From positions 2,240,001-2,304,000 of the forward strand of contig CAVQMM010000001.1 of the NCBI GenBank assembly GCA_963713615.1: DNA of 64,000 nt. The letters run 5' to 3'. Positions 20,814 to 31,128 of the stretch are shown in pieces. This DNA is from an uncultured Chlamydiae bacterium (GTDB taxonomy: Bacteria > Chlamydiota > Chlamydiia > Chlamydiales > JAJFMA01). Numbering within the stretch: position 1 is the stretch's first letter; every line of letters begins with the position of its first letter. The position numbers and the translations under genes are program-made. The notes under the pieces are model-generated. The model was not told where the DNA came from, did no database searches, and saw only the letters and a list, made by a program, of their open reading frames with translations.

Positions 20814-23630
20814 ATGAATATGTTCATGCCTTCTTACCAAACGCGCCTCCCTATCACTGCGATATCGATTGGAATCCTACTTTCCTATTTTCCATACGCA
20901 CTATTGTCCCACGATATCTCTGCAATGATGCAATCTCAATCTGTTACGATATCGCCTCTGATGTCTAAGGCTCAACGTGCTTATGACGCATTGCTCTTTG
21001 ACGAGGCAATCAAAAGCTACGTAGAAGCTCTCGAAATCATCGAAGATGATTCCTCATTACCGTCGTCTATCACAGAGCACATCAGTAACGACATCCTCTA
21101 TCGTATTGCCGAAGCGCACTATGCTGCAGGACGTTACGACGAGACCATTCACACATTGGATGGAGTACAAGAGGAGCGCAGTCTTTTACTTCAAGCGCTC
21201 GCATATAAAACCTCCTCCAGGCCAGAGCCTGCCATAACCCTGCTGTTACAACTAGCTGAGCGCAATGCTCTTACCGAAGAAACACGTTGGCAGTTGGCCC
21301 ACGCCCGATATCAGAACGATGAGCTCTCCACCGCAGCAGCTGATTTTTTGCAGCTAGCCGAAGCGGGCGTTCTACCTCGAATCCAATGGCTTGCAAGGTT
21401 GTACCTTGCACGTATAGGCCTAAGGCAAGAACAGTTCGATAAAACTCAATATCAGCTAGATATCCTCGATCGAGCTATCCCAGCGGAAAACCCTTTGCGC
21501 TATGAGCTCAGCTTTCTAAATGGCGAGGCCCACTTTTTCAAAAACGATTTCGCTACTGCAGCTATTCATTATGAGAAGGCTCTGCCTAAGCGCAATAGCA
21601 ACAAAGCTGAGTGGAATACGACTAGCTTGCACCGGCTTGTCCGATGTTATCTCCAGCTCGCGGATACACCAGGAATTGCTACGGATAAGTGCTCTGCCTT
21701 CCTCATCAAAGCGGATCAAGCTCTACAAACCCTCGAAACCGTAGCCTCCGACGAAGAGACCTTCTTAGCTCGAGGACACTACTGGATAGTCAGAGGGCGT
21801 CGTCTCGATGACGAGCAATCCCTAAAAGAAGCTGAACGCCTACTCACTCAGACAAATCTCTTCAAGTCGCACGACGCCCTAGCTCAAGCGCTGCTACTAC
21901 GCGCTGAAGCTGCCGCATCCCATGTTGCAAGAGATCTTTTATACCGGCAACTTACCGATATTGCACAAAGCAGCACCGAACACTATACCCGTAGCTGGTA
22001 TCTTCGTGGGCTCAATGATCTCAACGAAGCTGAGAAGCTCGTAGCCTCTCACAATAAAGCCGGCGCAACACTCCTTTTTGAATCGGCCGCCTTCAGCCTG
22101 ACTAGAGCCTATGAGCTAGCATCCGCCAGCAACCCTACCCTCGCCGCGCACTCACTAAAGCACGCTACCAAAGCTCTCGTTGAAGCAGACACTGACAGAA
22201 ATACTAGGCTATGTCTTAGCTTATTAAGCAATTTGCCGACCGCACACCCCCATGTGCTGGCAGCTGCTGAGGACCCCGATGAATTCTACTACCTTCAGGC
22301 ATGGATAGGAACACAGAAACCGGACTATTTTTTTCGCAATGGGATGGTCGACCAAAGTGACGAACATTTGGTGTGGGTGATTAGCACATATCCCACAGGA
22401 CGATTCGCCGATGCATCCTTATACCTACTAGGGACACGCCAATATCGCCGTGGGGAACATTTAGCCGCCGAGGAAACCTTTGCACACCTTGTTAACGACT
22501 ACCCTCAGTCACCCTATGCTGGAGATGCTTGCTACTGGCAAGCACGTTGCCTAGAGCGACTAGGAGCAGCCAATACAACCATTCGTCAGCTTTTGATGAA
22601 GGCCTTTCAAGAATACCCCCAAGCAACTAGTGCTCCAGAAGCCTACTTCAGTTACTATGCCTCTTCCGATTACCTCTTGGGCAACCCAGAGGCTCTGCAG
22701 CACCTGGAAAAAATGCCCCAGCTTTTTCCAGAATCACCATACACCATCAACGCCCTGCTATTGACTGGCCTGGACCATAAGCGCACACGTCATTCCCCAG
22801 AAGGCAAGGTGTTGCGCAAACGTAATCTAAACAAAGCCATCGAGGCATTCCAGAATGCCGAAGCAACCTTCGATAGACTCCATGCGCAGAAGGCCATTAC
22901 GATAGCTGACATCGACCTCTTCGTCGCCGTACGCTATCGTGCAGTCCTGGAGCGCGCTTTAGCTAATCTAGCCATCGCTACGGACTCCGAAGGAGCCAAA
23001 AAGCACATCTACCTCGAGTACGCTGTGGAAATGTTTCAGAAGCTATGCCTCGAGCTTCAAGACACGCATCACCCTCTAGCATCCTTGCTAGTGCGTGGAG
23101 AGTGCTACGCACCCTTGTTAGAGGAGGGCAGCTATGGGTTGGCCGTAGCACATATGCAGGCTGACCATGATGACCACGCCACTCGTATACTCGACCAAAT
23201 GTTGGCCCGCTATCAAGCCGCAACGATTACACGAGGCTACTACCTTTCACGCGTCTACTACCAAAAGGCACGTATTGCCATGCGAGGTAATGCGCCTAGC
23301 AATGCGATGACCTTCCTGGTACAATCAGAGGAAGCTGCCAAGGGAAAGGTACTGAGCTCGGAAGAAAAACTCGACCTTTGGTTACAGCGTAGCGAATGTT
23401 TTCGCAAGCTCGGACAGCTAGACAATGCGATGCTGGAATTGTCACGCGTCATCAATGACGATGCTATTTCAGCCCAGCGTGTGCAGGCGATGTACCTGCG
23501 AGCCGAAGTCTATGAGCTGCAAGAACGTCCCGAACTAGCCCAAAAGCAGCTCGAAGCCACCGCCAAAAAAGGAGGTCGGTGGGCGCAAATAGCAAAAGAA
23601 AAATTAGATAGAGACTACCGTTATGATTGA
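20814..23630 (+). CDS. Large exported TPR-repeat protein
   Basis: Hydrophobic N-terminus; multiple TPRs including YPQSPYAGDACYWQA; divergent from hctA, as I recall for Chlamydia CT744. Confidence 0.8.
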   Translation: MNMFMPSYQTRLPITAISIGILLSYFPYALLSHDISAMMQSQSVTISPLMSKAQRAYDALLFDEAIKSYVEALEIIEDDSSLPSSITEHISNDILYRIAEAHYAAGRYDETIHTLDGVQEERSLLLQALAYKTSSRPEPAITLLLQLAERNALTEETRWQLAHARYQNDELSTAAADFLQLAEAGVLPRIQWLARLYLARIGLRQEQFDKTQYQLDILDRAIPAENPLRYELSFLNGEAHFFKNDFATAAIHYEKALPKRNSNKAEWNTTSLHRLVRCYLQLADTPGIATDKCSAFLIKADQALQTLETVASDEETFLARGHYWIVRGRRLDDEQSLKEAERLLTQTNLFKSHDALAQALLLRAEAAASHVARDLLYRQLTDIAQSSTEHYTRSWYLRGLNDLNEAEKLVASHNKAGATLLFESAAFSLTRAYELASASNPTLAAHSLKHATKALVEADTDRNTRLCLSLLSNLPTAHPHVLAAAEDPDEFYYLQAWIGTQKPDYFFRNGMVDQSDEHLVWVISTYPTGRFADASLYLLGTRQYRRGEHLAAEETFAHLVNDYPQSPYAGDACYWQARCLERLGAANTTIRQLLMKAFQEYPQATSAPEAYFSYYASSDYLLGNPEALQHLEKMPQLFPESPYTINALLLTGLDHKRTRHSPEGKVLRKRNLNKAIEAFQNAEATFDRLHAQKAITIADIDLFVAVRYRAVLERALANLAIATDSEGAKKHIYLEYAVEMFQKLCLELQDTHHPLASLLVRGECYAPLLEEGSYGLAVAHMQADHDDHATRILDQMLARYQAATITRGYYLSRVYYQKARIAMRGNAPSNAMTFLVQSEEAAKGKVLSSEEKLDLWLQRSECFRKLGQLDNAMLELSRVINDDAISAQRVQAMYLRAEVYELQERPELAQKQLEATAKKGGRWAQIAKEKLDRDYRYD

Positions 23631-24279
23631 AGGACCCGCCATCCTCGCCTCGCTATTTCAATACAGCTCTAACTGGAATGTTCTTTTGATCATTCTTGGA
23701 GGCTGTTCCATTCTCAGTTTCGCTATATTTATCGAACGCATGCTACACCTTCGTCGCTCAGAAATTGACACCAACAAGTTCATTATCGATCTTCGAAGAG
23801 TCATAAAGGAAGGTGACATCGTTGGAGCTATCCACATCTGCGAGGAAACTGGAGGCTCCGTAGCCAACATCATCCGAGCCGGCCTGCTTAAGCATAATCG
23901 TCAGAAGGAAACAATTGAAAGCGCGATGGAAGTCACTGGATTGATTGAGGTGGCACAGCTGGAGAAAAATGCGCGCATTCTCTCCATCATCGCTTACTTA
24001 GCTCCTCTCATTGGACTGCTAGGCACCGTATTGGGTTTCATCCAAGCCTTCAGCGAAATGCGCCTCAGCGGCCTTGTAGACATCTCTGCAACGCGTATCG
24101 GTGAAGCCATGGAATATGCTCTCGTCTCGACAGCGGCAGGCCTCGTCGTCGCCATTCCATCGGTCATTGCCTACAACTACATTGTCAGTAGGGTCGAAGG
24201 CTTCGTCCTGGAAATGCAAACAACCTCAGCGGAAATCGTCGATCTCTTACTTCTGCGAAAAGAGGAAATAGGTTACTAG
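23623..24279 (+). CDS. MotA/TolQ/ExbB proton channel protein
   Basis: APLIGLLGTVLG, ALVSTAAGLVVAIPS. Confidence 0.92.
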   Translation: MIEGPAILASLFQYSSNWNVLLIILGGCSILSFAIFIERMLHLRRSEIDTNKFIIDLRRVIKEGDIVGAIHICEETGGSVANIIRAGLLKHNRQKETIESAMEVTGLIEVAQLEKNARILSIIAYLAPLIGLLGTVLGFIQAFSEMRLSGLVDISATRIGEAMEYALVSTAAGLVVAIPSVIAYNYIVSRVEGFVLEMQTTSAEIVDLLLLRKEEIGY

Positions 24280-24283
24280 ATCT

Positions 24284-24730
24284 ATGCGCTTTAAGACTAA
24301 TCTCAAGCCAAGCAGCAGCCTCATCGACCTCACGCCTTTGGTAGACGTGATCTTCCTCATGCTAATCTTCTTCATTATTACCTCCGATGTTTTGCCTTTA
24401 AAATCTCTGCACATCGAAAACCCAGAGCTTAAAAGAGATGCGCTGCCACTTACAACGCAATTATTGTTGGTGGTAGATGCCCAAAATGTCATCTACTTGG
24501 GTTCCAAGAAGGCTATTGTAGACTTAGTCTCTTTACCAGACGCCCTGAAGCAAGAAGTGGAACTGCTAAAAAAACAGCATACTAACCTTGATCCAACAAT
24601 CGTTCTCAGCGTAGACCGTCGTGTAGAATATGGAACATTTCTCAGACTCTTCTCCATTGTACAAGACAGCGGTCATCGCATTAGGCTCGTATACAAGCCC
24701 GCTGAAGAAGATGCTTCGGAGTATTTTTAA
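24284..24730 (+). CDS. ExbD/TolR family protein
   Basis: IDLTPLVDVIFLMLIFFIIT. Confidence 0.92.
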   Translation: MRFKTNLKPSSSLIDLTPLVDVIFLMLIFFIITSDVLPLKSLHIENPELKRDALPLTTQLLLVVDAQNVIYLGSKKAIVDLVSLPDALKQEVELLKKQHTNLDPTIVLSVDRRVEYGTFLRLFSIVQDSGHRIRLVYKPAEEDASEYF

Positions 24731-25474
24731 GTGCTAAGAATAGAACGCCATCCCTACAGCCGTGAAATTACCCTCAAGATGCACAAACGTTCTTCAGGTT
24801 TTGGATCTAGAGACCTTTGGATCGGTCTAGGCATAGCCCTAGTACTACATCTTGGAGCAATCCTTCTTTTCCGCTTTCCCATCATTAATCTAAAAGATCT
24901 AGGTGTACCCGCCCATGTCGTTGTTGAGGCATATACTTCAGGCAACCAAATGCCAGGAACAAGGGCCGACTGGACACCACACCCCAACCTTCGTCTGCTA
25001 CCGGAGGAACTGCTAGCTCCACGGAGCGCCCTGCCCCCCCTTTCCGCTTGGAAGCCTGCATCCATTTCCAAAGAAGCCTTGGTGCATCAGCTCACTGAAA
25101 TGCCGCACTTCTGGGGTTTGGAAAGGCTCACAACAATAGCTAAACCTCCAGCCTCGCCACTACCATCAATCCCACCCTCCATGGCAATTAAGGTATCTGG
25201 TCCTCTCGCAGAATATCCTTTTGAACTCCTCAACACTCCCGCAATAGAACCTCAGTCAGGAAATCGCTATTCTTTCGATGTACGAGTAGACAACCATACG
25301 GGTCGTATCTGTTGCTTCAGTTCGATTTATTCAGATGAAGACCTAGACCCTGCCATCAACTCACTAGCAGAAAAAATCCTCACTCAACTGTATTTTAAGC
25401 TTGGAAACAGGCCTACTCTGGTTCCAGGATTCATCGAAGTTTCCTTCTCGGCCAGCCAGGAGAATATGTTATGA
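24731..25474 (+). CDS. Hypothetical single-TM Pro-rich protein (possible TonB/TolA-like energy transducer)
   Basis: TM with His (IALVLHLG), Pro-rich linker, position after exbBD. Confidence 0.55.
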   Translation: MLRIERHPYSREITLKMHKRSSGFGSRDLWIGLGIALVLHLGAILLFRFPIINLKDLGVPAHVVVEAYTSGNQMPGTRADWTPHPNLRLLPEELLAPRSALPPLSAWKPASISKEALVHQLTEMPHFWGLERLTTIAKPPASPLPSIPPSMAIKVSGPLAEYPFELLNTPAIEPQSGNRYSFDVRVDNHTGRICCFSSIYSDEDLDPAINSLAEKILTQLYFKLGNRPTLVPGFIEVSFSASQENML

Positions 25475-25692
25475 TAGAGCTAGCCCCAGACACAGCCTTC
25501 TTGCTGTATCTAGCTGTTACGCTATTGATTCTATTAGGTCTGTGGACTCAACACCTCATGCGGGCAAAAAAGAAGAAGTTGGTTCTCACCGAATATGACC
25601 TGCGTGTGTGCGAATACTGCCACTTTGCCTATCTAGCAACACGAGGGGAAGGCATTAGCCGTTGCCTGCAATGCAAATCGTTAAATAAATAG
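25471..25692 (+). CDS. Small membrane protein with Zn-ribbon (CxxC...CxxC)
   Basis: TM, then CEYC and CLQC; ATGA overlap with the upstream gene. Confidence 0.7.
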   Translation: MIELAPDTAFLLYLAVTLLILLGLWTQHLMRAKKKKLVLTEYDLRVCEYCHFAYLATRGEGISRCLQCKSLNK

Positions 25693-25839
25693 AGGAGATT
25701 AGGATTTTACCACAGAGACGCCGAGATAGGAGAGAGGAGGGGGGGGGAAGAATGGTAACCTTTTTCTTTCTTCCTCCTCCCCCTCCTCTCTCTCCTATCT
25801 CGGCGTCTCTGTGTCCTCTGTGGTAAAATCCTAATCTCC
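25693..25839. repeat. Palindromic element H (no nested cargo) between convergent genes
   Basis: AGGAGATTAGGATTTTACCACAGAG...CTCTGTGGTAAAATCCTAATCTCCT. Confidence 0.85.
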
Positions 25840-25860
25840 TAATCCTCACTTCCATACTCT

Positions 25861-27054
25861 CTATTCGAAGGTGCGGACGAAATTGCGCTCGGCAATAGAA
25901 TCCCAGAAGTCCGAAGATCTTTTTAACAGGTCATCAGCGCGCACATCCCAGGTATGTTCTAGAGCCAGGTTTTTTTGTCCACGCTCCACAGCACCCTGAC
26001 GTTCACTCTCATGATTCAGATAATGGTTTAAACGCTCATTAACGTGGCTCCATTCTCCGTTAAGATAAGGCACCACGCCGCGCTCTTCTCCAAAGTGTAT
26101 TTCCAGGTACTTATTGGCCCCTGCTAGCACAAGAGCGCCGGCGGCGAGGGCATAAATAACCTCTGCCTGAGCACCATGCTTGAAGCAATGCGTAGCACTG
26201 AGACAGATCTTGCTTTGCTTTAGCACATGCCAGACATCTTCGGCAGAAAGCTGTGGATGTAACACAATGTTAGGATGGCCCTGAAGTATACTGGATTTCT
26301 CCTCATAACCTACAGAGCCTCCGGTATCCACTCCAAAAACATCTACCTGCCCTTCGACAGCTTTAAGCAACTCTAAGGTTGAAAATGCCCTGGAGTAGCT
26401 CTCAACCTCTCGGCATAGCTGAGGAAAATCGTTCCCTACAGGATCTATTCCAGACACCCTCCACGCATAGACTAATGCCTGTGCAAAGGCCGTATGATCA
26501 TCCGCCAGAGTGAGCTCCACAGCCTTCTCCAATACCTGACGGATGTCCTCGGAATAATTCGCACGCCAACTATCCCGAATGGCTTCAGGATCTACAATGC
26601 GTCCGATGAAAACGATGTCATAGGTCTTATCCAGGGGAGGTTCTAAGAGTTGCTCGGCGGTAACAGCATACCCCATATAAAAAACACGCTCGCAATGAGC
26701 ATTAAAAAATAGCTCACAATCGAAATAGTCTACGCAACTGACTATGATGTAGGGGCTTTTGGCTAAATAAAGGTTGTAGATGGCTGGTTCAACCAACACA
26801 GCAAGATGCGGTATCTTTAAGAAGTCGCAAAGCAATACCTTGTCTGCAACTGGGATCATCGGGCTGAACGAACACGTCAGCTCGGGCCGTAAAGACAGAA
26901 TCTGATCTACATGCTTCTGCTGAACACCTTCCTCAGGAATTTCTACAATCGCCGTTGTAACGCCACGGCGCTCTAGCACCTGCGACAACTGCATCGTCCA
27001 GGTTCTCCTAACGCTAGCTCCATCTCTTACTAAAAAACAGATTCGCTGCAGCAT
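25861..27054 (-). CDS. Glycosyltransferase, CgeB/GT1_2-like
   Basis: YDIVFIG, VLKQSKICL, ALAAGALVL, HTWDVRA C-terminal pattern. Confidence 0.75.
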   Translation of the reverse strand: MLQRICFLVRDGASVRRTWTMQLSQVLERRGVTTAIVEIPEEGVQQKHVDQILSLRPELTCSFSPMIPVADKVLLCDFLKIPHLAVLVEPAIYNLYLAKSPYIIVSCVDYFDCELFFNAHCERVFYMGYAVTAEQLLEPPLDKTYDIVFIGRIVDPEAIRDSWRANYSEDIRQVLEKAVELTLADDHTAFAQALVYAWRVSGIDPVGNDFPQLCREVESYSRAFSTLELLKAVEGQVDVFGVDTGGSVGYEEKSSILQGHPNIVLHPQLSAEDVWHVLKQSKICLSATHCFKHGAQAEVIYALAAGALVLAGANKYLEIHFGEERGVVPYLNGEWSHVNERLNHYLNHESERQGAVERGQKNLALEHTWDVRADDLLKRSSDFWDSIAERNFVRTFE

Positions 27055-27265
27055 TTCCCTATTCCTTCTCCTTTGGAGACGCCTCTATTTGTACCGATCG
27101 CGGAATTTACCTCAAGCTTAGAGACGCAATTTCCGCTTATAAATTTTTCTTTTGCCTAACGCCCTACTTGCTGCTAAGGTGAGGAATTAGGACGATCTCC
27201 AGACGTATCCTTGTCAACATCACCCTTGTGTTATGTGTTAAAAATCGTTGTCAAGGGAGGACATT

Positions 27266-28069
27266 ATGCGCCCGCTTTGGTCTGGTTCCATCGGCTTTGG
27301 CCTAGTAAACATCCCGGTGAAACTCTACTCCGCAACCATCAGTGATCACGGCCTGAACCTCGACATGCTGCACAAAAGCGACCTGTCTCCCATACGCTTT
27401 GCACGCATCTGCAAAGCCGATAACAAGGAAATAGCCTGGAAGGACATCGTCAAAGGCTACGAATTACAAGATGGTAAATATGTTGTTCTTACCGACGAAG
27501 ACTTCCAACGAGCGGACAAGGCTAAGGCGTCTGTTATTGAGATTGAGGAGTTTGTGCAGGAAAAAGAAATTGACTCCATCTACTTCGATAAGCCCTACTA
27601 CCTGGCACCAAGTAAAGGCGCAGGCCACGCATTTAACCTATTGCGGCAGGTATTGGAAAAAGCCAAAAAGGTTGGTGTAGCCAGATTCGTCTTCAGAAAT
27701 AGGGAACACCTTGTCATTGTCAAGGCCCATAAGAATGTTCTTGTTCTGAATCAATTACGCTTTGACGAAGAAATTCGCAGCGCCGAGGACCTCGAAGTGC
27801 CCAAAGAGGAAAAAGTAACCGCTCGCGAGCTGGAACTGGCTGTCGCCCTGGTAGATCAACTGACGCACAAATTTACCTCAAAGCAATACAAAGACACCTA
27901 CACGCATCAATTGAAAGAGATCATTCAGAAAAAGGCCAAAGGAAAACTGCCCAAGCAGAGCAAAGCTGCGGTCGCTAAGCCCACCAAGATTGTGGATCTC
28001 TTTGCCACTCTCAAGGCTAGTCTAAAACCAACCAAGACAACACGTGGCAAGAGTCGGAAGTCAGCATGA
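27266..28069 (+). CDS. ku: Non-homologous end-joining protein Ku
   Basis: MRPLWSGSIGFGLVNIPVKLYSA, IVKGYE, YFDKPYYLAP; basic C-terminal tail. Confidence 0.95.
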   Translation: MRPLWSGSIGFGLVNIPVKLYSATISDHGLNLDMLHKSDLSPIRFARICKADNKEIAWKDIVKGYELQDGKYVVLTDEDFQRADKAKASVIEIEEFVQEKEIDSIYFDKPYYLAPSKGAGHAFNLLRQVLEKAKKVGVARFVFRNREHLVIVKAHKNVLVLNQLRFDEEIRSAEDLEVPKEEKVTARELELAVALVDQLTHKFTSKQYKDTYTHQLKEIIQKKAKGKLPKQSKAAVAKPTKIVDLFATLKASLKPTKTTRGKSRKSA

Positions 28070-29592
28070 GCACCCTAAAATCTTATCGGGAAAAACGAAA
28101 GTTTTCAAGCACTCCAGAACCCTCTGGGAAAAAGAAAACTGGAAAATCGTCTCGACGGTTTGTCATTCAAAAGCATGCTGCTTCACATCTCCATTATGAC
28201 TTTCGCCTCGAACTGAATGGCGTGCTAAAAAGCTGGGCGGTTCCTAAGGGCCCTTCGCTCAATCCTAACGACAAACGCCTCGCCATTATGGTCGAGGATC
28301 ATCCATATGAATACCGCACCTTCGAAGGAACAATCCCCACTGGGAATTATGGCGCTGGTACCGTCATGGTATGGGATGAGGGCACCTACCACGCCTTTCC
28401 CGATGACAGTCCTCGCGCTGTCGCTGCGGCCCTGAAAGCGGGTAAGTTAGAAATTATCCTAACAGGCCATAAACTTAATGGAGCCTATACATTAGTGCGG
28501 CTGAAAACCGATGATCGCTCATGGCTCCTGATCAAGAAAAAGGACGCCTTTGCTCAAAGTGATCTTACCGCGGTTTCGGATCGGTCAGTGATCACCAACC
28601 GCACAATGGAGGAAATCACTTCGGGCAGGTCAAAAAGATCTTCAAAACGTCCACAAGAACGCATGCCTCATGATATCAAGCCCATGCTATGCACGCTGGT
28701 GGATCAACCATTCAACGATGCGGAATGGCTCTTTGAAATCAAATGGGATGGCTATCGCGCTATCGCTGAAGTAAAAGACTCCGAAGTGAAACTCTACTCA
28801 CGTAATCTTAAACCCTTCAACGACATGTTCCCATCGATCGTGGAAGCACTAAAGCACATAGATGCTACAGCCATCTTTGATGGTGAAATCGTGCTTCTCG
28901 ATAAAGCAGGCAAACCTCACTTCCAACTTCTGCAAAATTACCAGAAGACTCGTGAAGGCACTCCAATCTACTACATCTTTGATCTGTTGTATCTTGATGG
29001 GCAAGACTTGCGTCGCACACCTCTGATCGACCGTAAAAACCTCCTCAAGGAACTTCTACAGAAATATCCACAGAATGTAATACGTTTCAGCGACCACATC
29101 ATTCAGGAGGGCACTCGTTTCTTCAAGGCGACAGCAATCAATGGTCTAGAGGGCATCATCGCAAAATACGGGCAGAGCCACTATGAGCACCGCAGAAGCC
29201 GTGAGTGGCTCAAAATAAAAACGAGCCTGCGTCAGGAAGCGATCATCTGCGGCTTCACCGCACCACAGAAGAGCCGCAAACACTTTGGGGCACTCATACT
29301 AGGAGTCTATCAGGATAAAAAACTCATCCCCATTGGTCGTGTGGGTACTGGCTTCTCCGAACGCATCCTAAAAGACATTCACGAAACTCTGGTCCCTCTG
29401 ATCGTCAAAAAATGTCCCTTTGTCAATCCACCAGATAAAAGCCTTGCTGATGTCACCTGGGTTAGACCCAAACTGATCTGTGAGATCAACTTCACAGAAT
29501 GGACCGATGAAGGATCCATGCGCCATCCCTCCTTTGTCGGGCTGAGAACAGATAAGAACGCTAAGAAGGTAGTTCGGGAGCTCCCTTCATGA
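28066..29592 (+). CDS. ligD: DNA ligase D, phosphoesterase + ATP-dependent ligase domains
   Basis: FVIQKHAASHLHYDFRLE (PE); EIKWDGYR, EGIIAK, WLKIK, MRHPSFVGLRTDK (ligase). Confidence 0.93.
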   Translation: MSTLKSYREKRKFSSTPEPSGKKKTGKSSRRFVIQKHAASHLHYDFRLELNGVLKSWAVPKGPSLNPNDKRLAIMVEDHPYEYRTFEGTIPTGNYGAGTVMVWDEGTYHAFPDDSPRAVAAALKAGKLEIILTGHKLNGAYTLVRLKTDDRSWLLIKKKDAFAQSDLTAVSDRSVITNRTMEEITSGRSKRSSKRPQERMPHDIKPMLCTLVDQPFNDAEWLFEIKWDGYRAIAEVKDSEVKLYSRNLKPFNDMFPSIVEALKHIDATAIFDGEIVLLDKAGKPHFQLLQNYQKTREGTPIYYIFDLLYLDGQDLRRTPLIDRKNLLKELLQKYPQNVIRFSDHIIQEGTRFFKATAINGLEGIIAKYGQSHYEHRRSREWLKIKTSLRQEAIICGFTAPQKSRKHFGALILGVYQDKKLIPIGRVGTGFSERILKDIHETLVPLIVKKCPFVNPPDKSLADVTWVRPKLICEINFTEWTDEGSMRHPSFVGLRTDKNAKKVVRELPS

Positions 29593-30491
29593 CAAAGACA
29601 ATCACAAAGGCTCTCCCAGCAGACATAAACCTAACACACCTGGACAAAGTGTTTTGGCCGGAGGAGGGGTATACTAAAGGTGACGTCATTGAATATTACC
29701 ATAAGATCGCCCCGATTCTATTACCGCATTTAGTGGATAGACCACAGTCTCTGCATAGACATCCCAACGGAATAAATGGCAAATCCTTCTTTCACAAGGA
29801 TTTAAAGCCACCAATACCCTCCTGGATACATCTTAAGGAAATCGACCACGTTCACTATTTATTGATTCAAGACGAACGCAGCTTACTTTATGCAGCGAAT
29901 ATGGGATGCATCGAACTGAATCCCTTTTTGTCACGCATCGGTTCGATAGATTTTCCCGATTATATGGTGATTGATTTGGATCCACAGGATGTCCCCTTTA
30001 GCCTAGTTGTCAAGATAGCCCTGGCGATCCATGACCTCTTAAAACAAGCACACATTCCATGTTATTGTAAGACCTCTGGATCTCGAGGGATGCACGTATG
30101 CGTGCCCCTCAAGGCTCAATATTCGTTTGAACAATCCAAAGCATTCGCTGAGCTGATTGCGCACATCATCCACAATCAATTCCCAGAAGAGACATCCATC
30201 GAGCGAAAACCCATTAAGCGAAAGAAGAGGCTCTATCTTGATTACCTACAAAATCGCTCGCACCAAACTCTTGCTGCACCCTATTGTATTCGACCGCGTC
30301 CTAAAGCCACGGTGTCAACGCCACTTGCGTGGGAGGAAGTCACTGAAGATCTCGATCCCACAACCTTCACCATACGCACCATTTTCAAACGCTTGGAGAA
30401 GGTGGGAGATCTCTGGAAACCTGATACAGTCAAGGGCATTAACCTACCCGCCTGCCTGAATAAACTAGAAAGCATTTGGAAAGCCCGTTAA
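29589..30491 (+). CDS. LigD polymerase (primase-like) domain as a separate ORF
   Basis: LTHLDKVFWP, RHPNG, DLDP, KTSGSRGMH, YLDYLQN. Confidence 0.92.
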   Translation: MTKTITKALPADINLTHLDKVFWPEEGYTKGDVIEYYHKIAPILLPHLVDRPQSLHRHPNGINGKSFFHKDLKPPIPSWIHLKEIDHVHYLLIQDERSLLYAANMGCIELNPFLSRIGSIDFPDYMVIDLDPQDVPFSLVVKIALAIHDLLKQAHIPCYCKTSGSRGMHVCVPLKAQYSFEQSKAFAELIAHIIHNQFPEETSIERKPIKRKKRLYLDYLQNRSHQTLAAPYCIRPRPKATVSTPLAWEEVTEDLDPTTFTIRTIFKRLEKVGDLWKPDTVKGINLPACLNKLESIWKAR

Positions 30492-30578
30492 GCCATTTAT
30501 TTGCGAGAAAGGTTTCTGAAGCACTCAAACTGTTCTCGACCGCAAAGAGGCCAAGATAGATGGACATTGGACCAAAAT

Positions 30579-30992
30579 GAGGTAATTGCAAAATTATTTG
30601 AGCCCTTTGAGAATCGATTCTTGGGAAAAAAGGTTATCTTTTTTGGCGAGTAGGCGATTCTAGAGAGCTCAGGCAGCATGGCACTATCTGGTGTGAACAC
30701 AGGCTTTTATCACTTCCCAGGCCCGAAGGGTCGATATTGCTGCCTTGTTCACCTTTACGGTCAGAATTTCGGTCGGACGAAAAAGGTCGGATGTCGTGGT
30801 TTGTGACGAGGGCATAGCGCCAGCTATGTCCGAGGAGCAAAACGCGACAGACGATCCTTTTGCAGTCAACCGAAAACTGACCGCAAAGGTGAATAAGGCC
30901 GATATTGCAACAGGCCAGGGCATCGCCACATAGGCATCAACCTAATAGGCCCTTTAGGTTTATCTTTCAATGCCTTAGGGCCTCACAATCGT
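30579..30992. repeat. Diverged A/B/E-type element interrupted by element G (30741-30900) with 8-bp target duplication GATATTGC
   Basis: GAGGTAATTGCA terminus; CTTCCCAGGCCCGAAGGGTC-GATATTGC|G|GATATTGC-AACAGGCCA. Confidence 0.85.
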
Positions 30993-31128
30993 GTTGAATC
31001 ACTTTCTTCGTTTTGTAAATGTCCATTTATGTCCATAGCCCAAAGCCATGCGACACCTGTTACATTGACATAAACGGAAATTACATTTATCATCATTCCA
31101 AAACACAACAAAACAAAACTATTTAATT

